This document shows positions 1 through 13,029 of a stretch of DNA of 64,000 bases, one piece after another. The stretch is from Torpedo marmorata (taxonomy: Eukaryota). The position numbers and the translations under genes are program-made. The notes beneath the pieces are model-generated. The model searched no databases. It saw only the letters and a program-made list of their open reading frames with translations, and was not told the origin of the DNA. How positions within the stretch are numbered: the first letter of the stretch is position 1; the number at the start of each line of letters is the position of its first letter. The DNA lies in contig OZ360232.1 in the NCBI GenBank assembly GCA_977017645.1, positions 92,628,001 through 92,692,000 of the forward strand, read 5' to 3'.

Positions 1-2262
1 CAGAATAACATACGAAACCTAAATAAGTGTAGATCTACTACGAGTCTGTTTCATGTAGCGAATCAATCGGCGTGTGCAAGAGCTCCACGGACACCGCACA
101 TTTGCTTTGTCGTTTTTAAAGGGAAATGCTCGGAGTTTAAACAAATTATTGAACTATCAATGAAAATATTGCAAGCTGAAAAGAAATATCCGGAAAGAAG
201 TCAAATCAACGCTTCACTCGCAAGATTAATGTTTAGAAGTCTGCAGAGGGACTAATCGAACTTCCTTACATCTGGACACCTATAATATTTATACCGCAGC
301 CGGCGATAAATCGGTCGTTGCCACGTCCTTGGCACCCAGTCTATTATTTAAAATAGCCCAAATATGTCCTCTGCATAGGTGACGGGTACAGGTGGGGCTC
401 GGTTCCAAACAGCTGCGTTCGGTTGTAATTGGTAATCTTGTCTTTGCCCATTAACTGAGACTCGTGTTAAAATTGGTTTGACTTGGTTTTTAATTGTAGA
501 CTGTGTCGCTAGACTTGGACTGTGTCGCTGAGTTGATTCTTTCTCTCCCGCTATTCAAGAGGGCTCGACGGGTTGTACTCAAACATTTTAGTTCAAGTGT
601 GAGGGCGAAGTTGAAATACAAACTTCGTTCTCTATCTATCTATACATAAAAAAGGTGATTACACAGAAGTTTGAGGTGGGGTTATGTTGAATAAAACTTG
701 CCTCCAAATATAACTGAGTTTTAAAAATGTTGTGCAAATATTCTCCGTTTTCAGAGGGAGACCTCCTCCCCTGTACATTCACTGGATCTGGGAGAGCAAG
801 TCCGTGTTAAAACGTCCTTTCCTCTAAACTCAGTACCGCCAACAATGCGGCGCCCTCAACTCGGGTGACACGTCCATCCCACGAGATCGCACCCCGATTC
901 GCAAATGGATCAGCATTCAGAAACGTGATTTTTGTTTTTTCCTCCCCACACCCCATCCCGTGCCTGTGAGACACCTGGGAACTGAAACACAAAATGATTT
1001 GTGTTCCGACACGCTTTTGAGGAATTGTCAGGATTGCAGTCTCGCAGGTGGTTCGAGCGACTTCCTGAAACTTGCCTTCAGCTCACACGGCCCCGGCGGC
1101 TTTAACAACAAGGAGCAAGGACCATTCCCAACTGAAGGGGTTGACATGGTTAAGACCAGGCGAACGAAATTCTGGAATAAGGTCAAGTTCCAGAGTCGCG
1201 CTGGCGACTGAAGGGTTTCCTCTTCAGCGACGCAGTAGGTTGGTAAATTGACAGCAGGAACATCACCATTGGAATAACGGCAGCGCTATGCCAAATGCAA
1301 AGATTTATTTTATTTTATGGCTCTTTGGAAACTTAGAACGGAGAAAATGAAGCCTTTACACAATTTGTTCCAAACTATTGCTCAGAGACGCCGCTTTTTT
1401 TGGGGGGGGGGAGACAAGTCTGCACACCAACTTAAGGTGTAGGGGTAGTTGCGGCAGCGGATAGAGACTGGACAGAATGACGTCATCATTTTTACTGAGT
1501 TGTTTATCTCCAAGGGTCAGTTTAAATGATCCAAGACGTAATCTATGCTTTGACCGACTGAACGAAGTAGTTGATTTTAGCAAAACGCGTTTAGGTGAAA
1601 TAAGTGTTTGTTTCCTCTGATAATCACTAATTTATTGCGCCTAATGGTTTTTTCCCCTTTCATCCATGGTCAGTTAGATCACGTTAATCGACAGTTTCCC
1701 TGCGTCTCTTGTAAATTATCCTGTGAACGAGGTTTCGGGTGTTGGAGCAGTGACCTTCTCCGGCTGTTGGCCTGTTTCTCTGGGAACTTTCTGCGCTATC
1801 AAATGGACGAGGGATTCCAGTGTCCCAATCGGCGATGTAGGGACCTTTGCTCAGCAGCTGCCCCAACTTAACCCACTAGTAGTGATCGAAGAGGCCTCCG
1901 CACCCCTTGTCAGTGGAGATAAAAGATAATGAGGAATGAGTTGTCATACACACAAATACAATGTACAGATGGTCCGAAATTCTTACTTGTTGCAGCCACA
2001 CAGATCAACTGATTCCAGGCTTTGTGATGACTTGATCAGTATTGGAACAATGGGCCGAAGGAGCTCGTTGCCGCGCTGTAAAATGTCTGACGCTGTTGTA
2101 AATATCTCACGGGGAAACCACCGTGGGTATATATTGCTTTTGTAATGAACCTCGCTCCAACTGCTCCGGTGACTGCAGGACAGTAGGTATCTACAACGAT
2201 CCACCCAAAGGAGTTAATCTGACCACAGATGCAACTGCTGTTAACGGACCTGCCTTCTCTCC

Positions 2263-2495
2263 CCTCATTTGAAGCTACAATGGCAAAATGGAATGAAATA
2301 TTGACTAAAACTCGATTCGGTTGCTTTCATTATTATCACACTCTTCTTCCTCATTTGCGATTAAATCGAACAACACTCGCATGCTTTGGTCAGTCTCGAC
2401 CTAAAACGTCGACCGTTTCTCCCCACGGATGCTGCCTGACCCGCTGAGTCCCCACAGCTTCACTTTGTTCACTGAAAATTCCAGCCTCTGCAGAT
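2263..2495. repeat. Copy 1 of a ~240-bp dispersed duplicate ending in a Penelope-like terminal fragment
   Basis: CCTCATTTGAAGC...TTGACTAAAACT...TTCGGTTG...TTTGCGATTAA...TTTCTCCCCACGGATGCT aligns by eye with 9275-9530. Confidence 0.75.
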
Positions 2496-2729
2496 CTTGT
2501 CCTCCTCTATCACCCCACCCTCCATTTCAGGACAGTACAGTGGGCGAGGGTCGCCCCCGCCTCGTTCTCCTTGGGCCTTCCTCGGCAGCGGAAACTGTCA
2601 GCAGAGTTTCAGGAGCACCAACGGGGTTAGGGATAATAATTGTAATGTTTCAGGGAAGGTTCTCCCCCCGCCCCCACATCCACCACCAACTTGGGGAGGA
2701 GATGAAGGTGGTGCATTGATAAACCTGAC

Positions 2730-3150
2730 GTTTATTTACTTCCAGGAGTTCTCTAACTTCCATGTCTTTCTCCACAGTAAATATAGTTGAAAAATAGTCA
2801 TTTAAGATTACACCTATCTCCTGTGGCTTCACACATGGATGACCTTGTTCATCTTTAAGTGGCTATTCTTTCCCTAGTAACTTTTTTTTATCCTTTAAAT
2901 AAACGTAGAGTATTTTAAGATTCTTCATAACCTTATTTCTCTTTCCTTGCCCTCATTTTCCTCTTAAATTAACTTCTACATCCTTTATACTTGATTCGTT
3001 TGATTTCAACTGTCTATAATTAACACATGCCTCCTTTTTCTTGACCAGGTTCTCAATACCTCTGGTCAACCAGGATTCCCTAATCTTGCTGGCCTTCCTC
3101 TTCAGTCTAACAAGATGATGCTTTCTCTGAACTTTGATCTTTGAACTATC
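2730..3150 (-). mobile_element. CR1 LINE ORF2 internal fragment (degenerate)
   Basis: Minus-strand peptides ESWLTRGIENLVKKK and EIGVILNDYFSTIFTVEKDME resemble the CR1 ORF2 linker before the RT domain. Confidence 0.7.
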
Positions 3151-3654
3151 TCTCTTTGATAGCATATTTTAAAATCTGGTGAACTGATGGTCGACACATG
3201 ACAGCAGTTCCAAAGAAGCAGTTAACTGACACTCTGCGGGATGGGAATTTTATTGGGAATGTCAGACCTGCCTGTGTTTGTGACTGTTATTGGGTCCCTG
3301 GAAGTGTGCGTCAACCACAGTGATTATGCTTTATAGGGGTAATATTTGTAGCTAAATGAGGTTCAACTCTCATTTTATCTTCCATCAAAATAATCTCTCT
3401 CTCTCTCTCTCTTTGGGGTTTGGAAGACACCAAAGAGGAGCTAACAGGTTTTTGTCCAGCAAATGAAATGTGGTTTAGCATTTGTTAGATGGGCAAAGAT
3501 TTGTGTTGAATTGAATTATTTCTGTCACAGTTTCCAAACTGCAAAATGTTTAGGGGCTGATCGACTGATGACACCACCCTCCCCTGTAAATAGAGTGGAA
3601 GATGGTAGATACAGAGGGGGAAAAGCCTCTTCTCACTGCTTCCTTCAGAAAGCA

Positions 3655-3955
3655 CAGAAGCCTGAAGTCCAGCACCTCAAGGTTCAAGAACAGTTTCTTA
3701 CCAACAGCTATCAGGCTCTTGTATTCCCCCTTGTTACACTAATCAAGGAATGCTCCACCGCCACAAAAGGACTGTCTGTACTATTGCAAAGTCACTTTTC
3801 TTACACGAGGAAAACTGAATATTTTAATCTATCTTTTGCATTTATTGTCTCTTTTAATTCAACTAGGTAGCCTACTTATTTTTACAAGTACCTGTTCGAC
3901 TGCAGCAAGTAAGAATTTTTGGTGCATTTGTGCAATGTATATAATAAACTCATCA
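3655..3955 (+). mobile_element. Rex1/Babar-type LINE 3' end
   Basis: GAAGTCCAGCACC..GGTTCAAGAACAGTTTC..CAGCTATCAGGCTC plus tail CTGCAGCAAGTAAGAATTTT..ATAAACTCAT. The same family occurs at 48350-48870 and 62960-63280. Confidence 0.75.
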
Positions 3956-4875
3956 TATCCAGGCAAGTCAGCCTATACTCAAGTACAACAGGTAGAGCAA
4001 TAGTAAAACAAAGGTGCAGAGTTACAGAGGAAAGGCTTAGATAAAAATAGTGCAAGGGATGTAGTATTTTACCAATGGAGGTCTTTTCAGTAGTCTGATA
4101 ACAGAGGGGAAGAAGCTGTCTTTGAATCCGGTGTTTTCAAACTAGTGCATCTTCTGCCCGAAGGGAGGGAGAGACTTGGGTGGGATGGGTCTTTTAATAT
4201 GTTGGCCCGACGCAGATGGAAGTCAGAATCAGAATTTATTGTCATGAACAAGTCATGAAATTCGGTGTTTTGCGGCAGCATCATAGTGCAAACATTCATA
4301 TTATAACCATCTTATGACATTACTATAAAAAAAATATATATAATAGTGCACGAAAAGTAAGGCAGTGTCTTTGGTTCATTGATTATTCAGGAATCTGATG
4401 GCAGCGGGGAAGAAGCTGTCCTTGTGCCGTTGAGTGCTCCTCTTTAGGCTCCTGTACCTTTTACCCGATGGCAGCAGAGTGAAGAGGGCATGGCCTGGGT
4501 GGTGGGGGTCTTTGAGGACAGAGGCTGCTTTTTTAAGACACCGCCTAGTGTCATGTCCTCTGGTGACTGTGATGTCACAGGCCAAGTTAACAACCGTCTG
4601 GAGTTTATTCTTGTCCTGAGAGTTGGCGCCTCTATACCAGGCAGTGATGCAACCAGCCAGAATGCTCTCCATGGTACACCTGTAGAAGTTTAGAATCTCC
4701 TCAAACACCTCACAAAGTATAGCCGCTGGCGGCCTTCTTCGTGATTGCATCAACGTGGAGGCTCCAGGACAGATCCTAGGAGATGTTGACACCCAGGAAT
4801 TTGAAGTTCTTGACCCTCTCCACTACTGAGCCCACGATGAGGACTGGGTCGTGTTCCCCTGACTTCCTCCTGAGT
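3956..4875 (-). mobile_element. Two adjacent Rex1/Babar-type LINE 3' fragments
   Basis: Peptides ESILAGCITAWY...LPSGKRYRSLKRSTQRHKDSFFPAAIRFLN, VERVKNFKFLGVNIS and ILKDPSHP..LPSGRR are typical Rex1 ORF C-terminus. (TCAGAA)n tail at about 4223. Confidence 0.85.
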
Positions 4876-5679
4876 GTAGACGGAGTCAATGCAGGAGAGG
4901 TTGGTTTGCATTTTACCGAACACAGTTTAATACCCAAGTCTTTAAACTTCGTCGGTGAATTGTAGTAAATGATGAAACGGGTTTGTGGGAGTTTCAGGAT
5001 GAAATTAACAGGAGGCAGCTGGCTCAAAGGTAATTCCGGAATCTCCATAGAACGACGATTGAAAGAGAAAATGCAGGAATCGCTCAGCAGCTCGGAGGTT
5101 GCCTGTGGGGAAAGAAACATTAACATTTCAGCTCGGTCGTTATCTCCGAAATGTTTCCAACGCTGGCAGTTTTTCAGTTAGATCGCCCTGCTCCGTTGAC
5201 TTGCCCGGGACGCATCGCCCTCCCTCGACTCCCGCCCTGTAATATCCGCGCACGGCCACCGGGTGCCAGTCTTGATATTGGAATGGCAGATGTTGCTTCG
5301 TTCGCAAGTGCAGCCACAGAGAAGAAAGCGGTTCAGGGCGAGGCACGCACCTCCAACTTTGACCTCACCCCTTTCCCGAAATACTACTCGCGTTAACCCG
5401 TTAACTGCTTTATTGATCCATATCACCAGTGTTGGGAGTCGGTATTATCTATTTGTTTGTAACGAACATAATTCTCTTGAACCTAAATGGACACTGAAAG
5501 GGACGGCGGGGAGGACGGGCACATGGTTGTTAAACCCCCGTCGCCTTCCGCCTCTGTGCAACTTTGTTCTTCCTGTACGTGGCCTGGGTATCGAGTTTTT
5601 GACTGCCTGTCTTGTGAACACTACAGGGCACCAGGTCAATGTCCAAAGAAACAATCATCTCTTTCCTCTTCATTTTGTA

Positions 5680-6070
5680 TTGTTTTCTCTGGAGCGGAGG
5701 AGGCTGAGGGGGTGACCTGGTAGAGGGGGTGACCTGGTAGAGGGGGAGACCTGGTAGAGGGGGAGACCTGCTAGAGGTTTATAAAGCCATGAGAGGCCTC
5801 GATAGTCAGAATATGTTCCCCAGGACACTACTAGAGGACATGAATTCAAGATGAGGGAAAGACGTGTAAGGGAGATGTTTCACACAGGGAGTGGTGAGTG
5901 CCTGGAATGGGTTGCCAGGAGGAGTGGCGGAAGTAGATACAACAGTGGCGTTTAAGAGGCTTCTGGACAGACAGATAATTATTAAGGGGAGGGGTGGATA
6001 TCTAATAGGTGTAAGCAGCAGAGTTTTAGTTTGATTTGGACATCATGTTCGGCACAGGAACGCGGCCGGG
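5680..6070 (+). mobile_element. CR1 LINE 3' fragment
   Basis: FSLERRRLRGDL.EVYK motif followed by CR1 3' sequence (GTGGTGAGTGCCTGGAA..TTTAAGAGGC). Confidence 0.8.
5706..5777 (+). repeat. 17-bp tandem repeat x4 (GAGGGGGWGACCTGSTA) inside the CR1
   Basis: Units start at 5706, 5723, 5740 and 5757. Confidence 0.9.
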
Positions 6071-7237
6071 TGTATTTTAACCGTAAGTCCTCGGTTGTCA
6101 CCCTAGTGTTCAAGGGCGTGGCCATTTCAATCAACCTTTGGATAATGTGTGCTGGGACATCCTGATCTGTGGGATTTGCATTTGAACATTACACTTTGTC
6201 ATTGAAAGTTTCATTTCACAAGTAATGTTCTTATTGGAGGACGAGGAAACCCAGACTGGAAGTACTCCGTTATCACCCTCGCCTGTCCCCTCCCTCCCTG
6301 CGCTGCCCAAACCAGGCTCCTGGTCAATTCCAGGACCTTGTCCTCTCCTCTCCAGTCAGCGTTCGTTGACTGTCCTCGCTTTTCTTCTGCATTCCATGTT
6401 CAACGCTGGTTCCCGGAACCACGCCTCATCTCCGGATCGTCTCCCCCCAGGCCGACTAAAATGGGTTTCGCACAATGGAGTATTGTCTGGCCAATGGCCT
6501 GTGTGTGTTTGACATCCTCACCCCCAGCAATTGCCGCCATACTTTCATACACCACTCTTCTCTTTGTATCAGGTGGTCTTGTTTTAAATGCTATCTCTGA
6601 ACTCCAAGTGAAGGGAGGAAAACCCCTCGGCAGTTGGTTCATACTGGGGCTGCTCCTTCCTTGATGTCCATCCTGCCTAATCTGTCTGCTTCTTGTCGGT
6701 CTGTGGATTGGCATTCGGAAGTTTTCTCTTTATCGAGATCATGCGTTGGTTGGGTCCATTATTGATTTTTATTTGCATTGTTCATATCTGTAGGCGCTTA
6801 TAAATAGACATGTTTGTGGATATATGTGTATACGCGTGTGTAATGTGTATATATAGTATAATGTATGTATAATGTACATGTGTGCAGTTGTGTATGCGAA
6901 CGCTTGTTTCTGGAAATGTAAATGAAGCAAATGACTGGATCTTTGCTGTTCTGTCCTTACAACTTCTAACATTAATCCCCGAACTCTCTTTTCGGCTTGT
7001 TCATCTTCGTCGTTTTTCTTTTAGCAGTGGAAGTCGGCGAGGGTTGGATTCTAATAAACAGCAACAGTTCTTTCCGTCCAAATAATTTGGCCCTCTCCCT
7101 CACTATTTTCTATCCCCGGAACCTCTACCTTTGTTTCCCTTGTGAATGAGCAGTGAAAGTTATTATTAAACCCTGAATATCATAAATTAATGTGCGTTAG
7201 ATTTTGTAAATGCTGACACGGTTACACCATAAATCAA

Positions 7238-7371
7238 AGAGTGAAACATGGAAGTCTGCAGACGCTGTGATTGTAGTAAAACACACAGAAATGCTGGAGG
7301 AACTCGCAGCGTCCATAGGAGGTAAATAGGAGGAAGATATCTTTACCTCCAGCATTTCTGTGTGTTTTTAC
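7238..7371. mobile_element. Short foldback insertion of Penelope-like terminal sequence with a 16-bp flanking direct repeat
   Basis: TTACACCATAAATCAA at 7222-7237 and 7368-7383. Inverted arms at 7276-7300 and 7346-7371. Confidence 0.75.
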
Positions 7372-9274
7372 ACCATAAATCAAGCATCGGTTATAGCTTC
7401 AGAATAAAGGAATTAACGCTTCCACCAAAACTCTGTTGTTTAATGTAGGTTTGATGCTTGTCAAACGTTTCTTCTATGAGACTTACATCTGATGACAGGA
7501 TCTGGAAAGACATTATTGTTCCTTGGCTCGACGAGCGGCCATACCCCGCCGGTAGATGGCGCGCTTTGTGCACAGAATGGCCAGTGTTTGCCGCTGCTTC
7601 TTACGAGTTGCACCTTCCTCACGAAAACTTCTCCATCTCTTATTCAGTCCTTATTATCCCTGCTCTGTCTCTTCACATCCCCCCCCCCCCCCCCACCCAC
7701 AGACCCTACCTCTCTTTATTTTAAACAAACTATCCCATTTTATTGTGCCCGTTTGTCGTTCATCTCTCCAACGCGCTCCCCGTTCTCTGGAAGAAGTCTC
7801 GCAAAGAAACTTTTTTCCTCAGGTCGCGTTCGTTCTCTTGAACTGAAAGGGGTCTGTCTGTTGGACACATCCAAAGAAATGTAGCATTTTGGCAAGTAAA
7901 CGCGGTTCGCGAACTGTGAAGAAACAAGATTTTGTTCGTATGAATATATTGTGGCAAGAGAATCTGAACGATTTTACACGGTTTTTAAAGCAGTGAGACT
8001 AATACAGGAAAGACTCGCACACGAATAAACATATGGAGAAACGAGCATTAAATTGCGGCCCGTAAAATTATAATGAACATAAATAGTGGAAGAGATGTTG
8101 AAGAAACCGGTGGCTAGGGATCACGTGGGTCGTTTTTAAACTGGAATGGTTTAACTGGGTGATACTATACCTGAGTCCACAAGGCATCGAGAGAATAAAA
8201 CCAGGGCGAGAGCTCCACTGTTCTGGGAGATCGTTCCGAACTCTTTACGAATTAGCAAACGCGCCTCTCAGATCAAGCACCTGCTTTTCAATATTCTTTC
8301 GTTTGAATGTCCGCCTCTTAAAACCATTCCTGGGACGATTTTTTCTTTGCCCTTGGACTTCCCCGCCCCCCGCCGCTTTGCATTTGTAATGAAGAGCAAA
8401 TAAACCAGGACCAGCATCACGGCGGTGTAAAAGCTCCCACATCTTTTACAAACTCACAGAAAGATCCCGCCACATAATTTGCTTTTTTTCTCAATGCGCA
8501 TCGCAAAGCAAAAATTATACAGTATATAAATAAACTAGAATGTTTTAGGCCGTGAAATTTTACCTAATTTAAGATCTGGACAAAAACGTCACTGCCGAAT
8601 ATCCACCATGAATCCAATAATCCCAAATTCATTCCCCCATTTAATTCTGAGCTGCAAGGCATTGCAAACATTTATGCCGTTCAGTAGAAGCGATTTAATA
8701 AAAAAATGAAAACGTCCTTTCATCTAATCGATAGAATAAAATCATTAACTTTTTCCCAATATTATTCAACAGTAATGTCGTTTAAATAATTGCTTTAATT
8801 GGGTCGATTTGTTACTTTTGGAGGAAAACGGTAGGAAGTAAATAAATATTTTATCGCATACCCTCACGTGCGCGCTGGGAAAAAGCTTCTGCCATATATT
8901 TAAAAGATCACCGTCATTTCTCAAATCTGAGGAAACCTATGCACAGAGCGAGACTAAAGGGGATTAACTCCTTTCTGTATCCGTTGAAATGTCCTTAACG
9001 GGAAGGATCCATACCTATCACACTGGTTGCAATCGATTGTAACAAGAGATATTTAATAGTAAAAGTAACACCCCCGAGTAAATAGGCTGTGATATCAATC
9101 TCTGCTGACTTGTTCTGCGGTACAGCGGAATTTTATCAATTGTTTTATCAGTAGTTTCTGAGTTTTTTTCATGCTCGCCACGAAATTAAATAGGGACGGA
9201 TTTTACTTCATGGGTGTTTGCAGGTTATAAATAAACTAAAATATATGTCAATGTACTTTATCCAAATTCTCTGG

Positions 9275-9530
9275 CCTCATTTGAAGCGATATAAGCAAAA
9301 TGGGGTTAAATGTTGACTAAAACTGAATTCGGTTGTTTTCAGTATTATTGCACTCCCCATTTTAATTTGCGATTAATCGAGAACAATACTCCCATGTTTT
9401 GGTCGGCCTCGATAATGAGACCGGAGCCGAAACGTTGTTCACTGGCCATTTCTCCCCACGGATGCTACCTGACCCCCGCTCAGAACCTCCAGCTTCTCTT
9501 TGTTCACTCAAGATCCCATTATCCGCAGTT
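9275..9530. repeat. Copy 2 of the ~240-bp dispersed duplicate
   Basis: Co-linear with 2263-2495 in the same orientation. Confidence 0.75.
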
Positions 9531-11119
9531 TGTGTGTTTCTTATCCCGCCGTGTCTGCTTCTGTTATCACTTTCCGAAAGGAACCTCTTTGCCTGACACA
9601 TCCCGGAGAACCTTCGAGACGCTTCATACCCCCGCCCTGTCTCTTACACAGGGCGACTGCGGTAACGGGACAGAACACCTTCCATCTTGGATATCAACAG
9701 ATCATTCCACATCTGCCATCTCTCTGGTCTTTTATAAGCGTTCAGTTTCGTGCGCACCAATGCTATGTCCTCACCTTCAACAACGTAGTCTTGATTGCGG
9801 ATCAGAGAAATGTCTACACTTGATCTGTCAGTGTTGTTGATGGTGGGGTGGGAGGTGAGATTCTGGGTGACTGGCTTGCAGGTATGTTTGTCCTTTGACG
9901 GAAGGTTGACTTAAAAAATATCAGACCCAAATTCGCATCCCGGCTATTGTGGCAAGGCAGGGAGGCATGGTCTCCAGGAATCAAAGCATGACTGAAAGAA
10001 GACCGTCTGCGCAGCTGGGAACGGTGACATTTACCTCATGGCAAAGTTGTGTTATTTTGATATGGTTTGTTACCAAGTAGTGAGGCTGTGGGTTAAGTTC
10101 AGACTGTAAACCGAGAGTGTGAATTGGCTCAGCTCCGGAGCTGGAGGTGTTCGTTCCGAGCTATGTTACTACGGGACTTTCAACAGTTAGATCCAAGTAA
10201 TAATAGGCGAAATAGAACAATGTGAGCCTTGCTACCTGTTGTATGCCCAGTTATAAAAGACGATACGTAGTAAATTTTAAACATCCGTGCATGAGTTAAA
10301 CAGATGTATAACCAACATACTTAAAGGAAAATAGTGAATCTCCAACTTATAGTGCGGATATTCTGTTTTATGTAAACAAAATAAGCGCACCTCTTGATTG
10401 TAAGATGATCATTCATATAAATCAAATTACTTTACTTTTTTGAAAAAAATATTTCTCTACAAATTATACTGACGCCGAGCATCCTCTGCAGCTGTGTTTG
10501 TATTGCTATATCTTTATGCATGAATGTGTGTATGTGTATTTGTGTGTGTATTTTGTGTGGCTATTGTCTATGCCTGTATTTAACGTGTTTGTGCATGTCT
10601 TGTCTGTGTTTTGTGTAGGCATTTGTGTGTGTGTGTGAAGTGGGGTGTCGGTCAGCGGAGGTGAGTGTAGCTGGGCGTGGTGAAAAGTGTGCACTTTATA
10701 AAGAATATTCATCCCCAAGATACGCACTGCAATCCAGCTGTTAAAGCCCCTGAAAGCAACCTCACTCTCTTCAACTCTGACAACTCATTTCCAACACATG
10801 ACACCCACCAATGTCTCTCCAAAAACTTTCCCAAGACAAGTACATTTGGGAAAGGAGGAGCTATTTTTTGTCGATTAGGACGTCGCCCTTCTTACAACGG
10901 GAGAGTGAGTGAATTTTCCGAGTTGGGATGAACACTCCTCGCAACCGTTCGCGTACTCCGGGTTAAGGTGTAAGGTTGCCAGACAAGCGGGCTTCTCCTC
11001 TGTGAGATCTCCACAGTCAGATCGACCCAAGTAAACTCGTGTGAATTTTTTTTTTTTGCTGAAAATATACGCGGGCGGCACGCAGAGAATATATGGCTCA
11101 GAAAATAAACACTTCATAA

Positions 11120-12115
11120 AGATATTACATGTAACCAATATTCCAATGGGGCAGATTGTATTTCTAAACAGTGAATTCCTTCTACCTTTACCGCTTTGTT
11201 ATGTCACATATGAAAAGAACAAAACACGCTTTACTCTATTGTCAGGTTTCCTTGTCAATCATGCCCACGCGGCACAGCCATTGGCTCAGGGGGGAGGCGG
11301 GTTTTTGCCATGTTTGGTATGCATCGTTCAACCTCTCCCCCCAGCTCTCCAACCCCCTCGCCGCGACCCATACGGGAGGCTGCTTGCCCTCGGGAAGAGA
11401 CAGGGGTTAGAGTGGGGTAGCGCAGAGAGCGTGTCTGGGAGAGAGAGGGAGAGGTAAACGCGAATTCCTTCAGGGCAGTCGGCTCCCACCACTGACTCCC
11501 GCCCCCACCCCCCTCTCCGCCTCCCACCCGAGAGATCAGAGAAGAAGCATCACTACCACCAATTCCTTCCCCCTCCCCGTTCCAAAATCCCCGTATCGTT
11601 CACAAGGGAAAACTCATCGCTCTGTATTTCCCATTCATTCGGCACACTGGCAGACGCGGTCGTTTGCGAATAAACACACTCATACACTCATACACACATA
11701 CACACACGCACACACAAAATAAACTTAGTCTTACTAATTGGACCATGACACTTGGTACTCCAAAGCCCGACAGCCCGGCCTGATTATTAACTGTGCTTCA
11801 ATCTCACCTGCTCGCTCCACCTTTTGAACCCCCTTTTTCTGGGAATATCTTACTTCGCTGGATCATTGAGCCCCCTCCCCTCTCTGCCCCCGTTCTTCTC
11901 CCCTCCCCCCCCCCCTCACTCTTTTATCTCCATCACTTGTGTTCCCCGGTAACTGGCGCAAGAACAGTTATCGCTGTATTTTTCTGCACTTTTTTTTGGA
12001 GGGGATACTTGACGGCTGTGAACTGCGTTCAACATCTTAAACGGTTCTGGTGGCTTTTGACGGCAGCGAGAAGGAGAGAGAGAGAGAGAGAGAGGGTGAA
12101 AAAAAGCTTGTTCCC
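11120..12115 (+). promoter_or_regulatory. Proximal promoter / 5'UTR region of ebf1
   Basis: CCAAT at 11135 and 11143, ATTGG at 11280 and 11737, GC-box-like GGGGAGGCGGG at 11291-11301, EBF-like GCCCTCGGGA at 11386-11395, GAS-type TTCTGGGAA at 11837-11845. CpG-rich, free of recognisable TEs, directly upstream of the ATG. The TSS cannot be placed from sequence. Confidence 0.65.
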
Positions 12116-12249
12116 ATGTTTGGGATTCAGGAAAATATACAACGAAGCGGGGGCAGTATGAAGGAAGAACCCATCGGAAGCGGAATGAACGCTGTCCGCT
12201 CCTGGATGCAGGGTGCCGGGATAATGGATTCAAGTACAGCGGCTCAAAG
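12116..12249 (+). CDS. ebf1: EBF1-like (COE family) transcription factor, coding exon 1 (134 nt)
   Basis: ATG at 12116 begins [44 protein letters not shown](S), close to the mammalian EBF1 N-terminus. Donor AG|GTAGGC at 12249/12250. The upstream context AAAAAGCTTGTTCCC-ATG resembles the EBF1 5'UTR end as I recall it. Confidence 0.93.
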
Positions 12250-12699
12250 GTAGGCATGGTGTTGATGTTGATTTTTAACGCGCACCTCTATAGTATCAAT
12301 GCAGATTTGTATTACACTCAGTAGATCTGGCGAAAATCGGTTCCGAGGTCAAACTACGCCTAATATTTTATTTAACATCTTTTAATTTTTTTTTCTGTGT
12401 AATCTTTCACTCTGTTTTTGGTCTTTTCAATTCTTGGCTGAATGCATACATTAGGAAACTGCGACCATCCGCGGGGGTTCTTTGTACACTCTCCCCGTTA
12501 TGCTTTCCGATAACGCGACGCTAACTTTTGCAAAGGCGAGTTTATTGTTTGAAGAGAAAACTATTTTAACCCACTAATCTTAAAATAATGTACGTCTTGT
12601 AAAAAAGCTCTCACTCGGACTAGTTTCCGGAACCATTAAAACAGTGGATTAAACATCACATCGCTTCTGACAATACATTACAAATCAATCAGAATTTGA

Positions 12700-13029
<330 letters not shown>

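Noticed and set aside
800-2210. Cluster of short ORFs as an upstream gene or TE protein
   Set aside because: I recognise no protein motif or consistent exon chain. The region is left unannotated; BLASTX would settle it.
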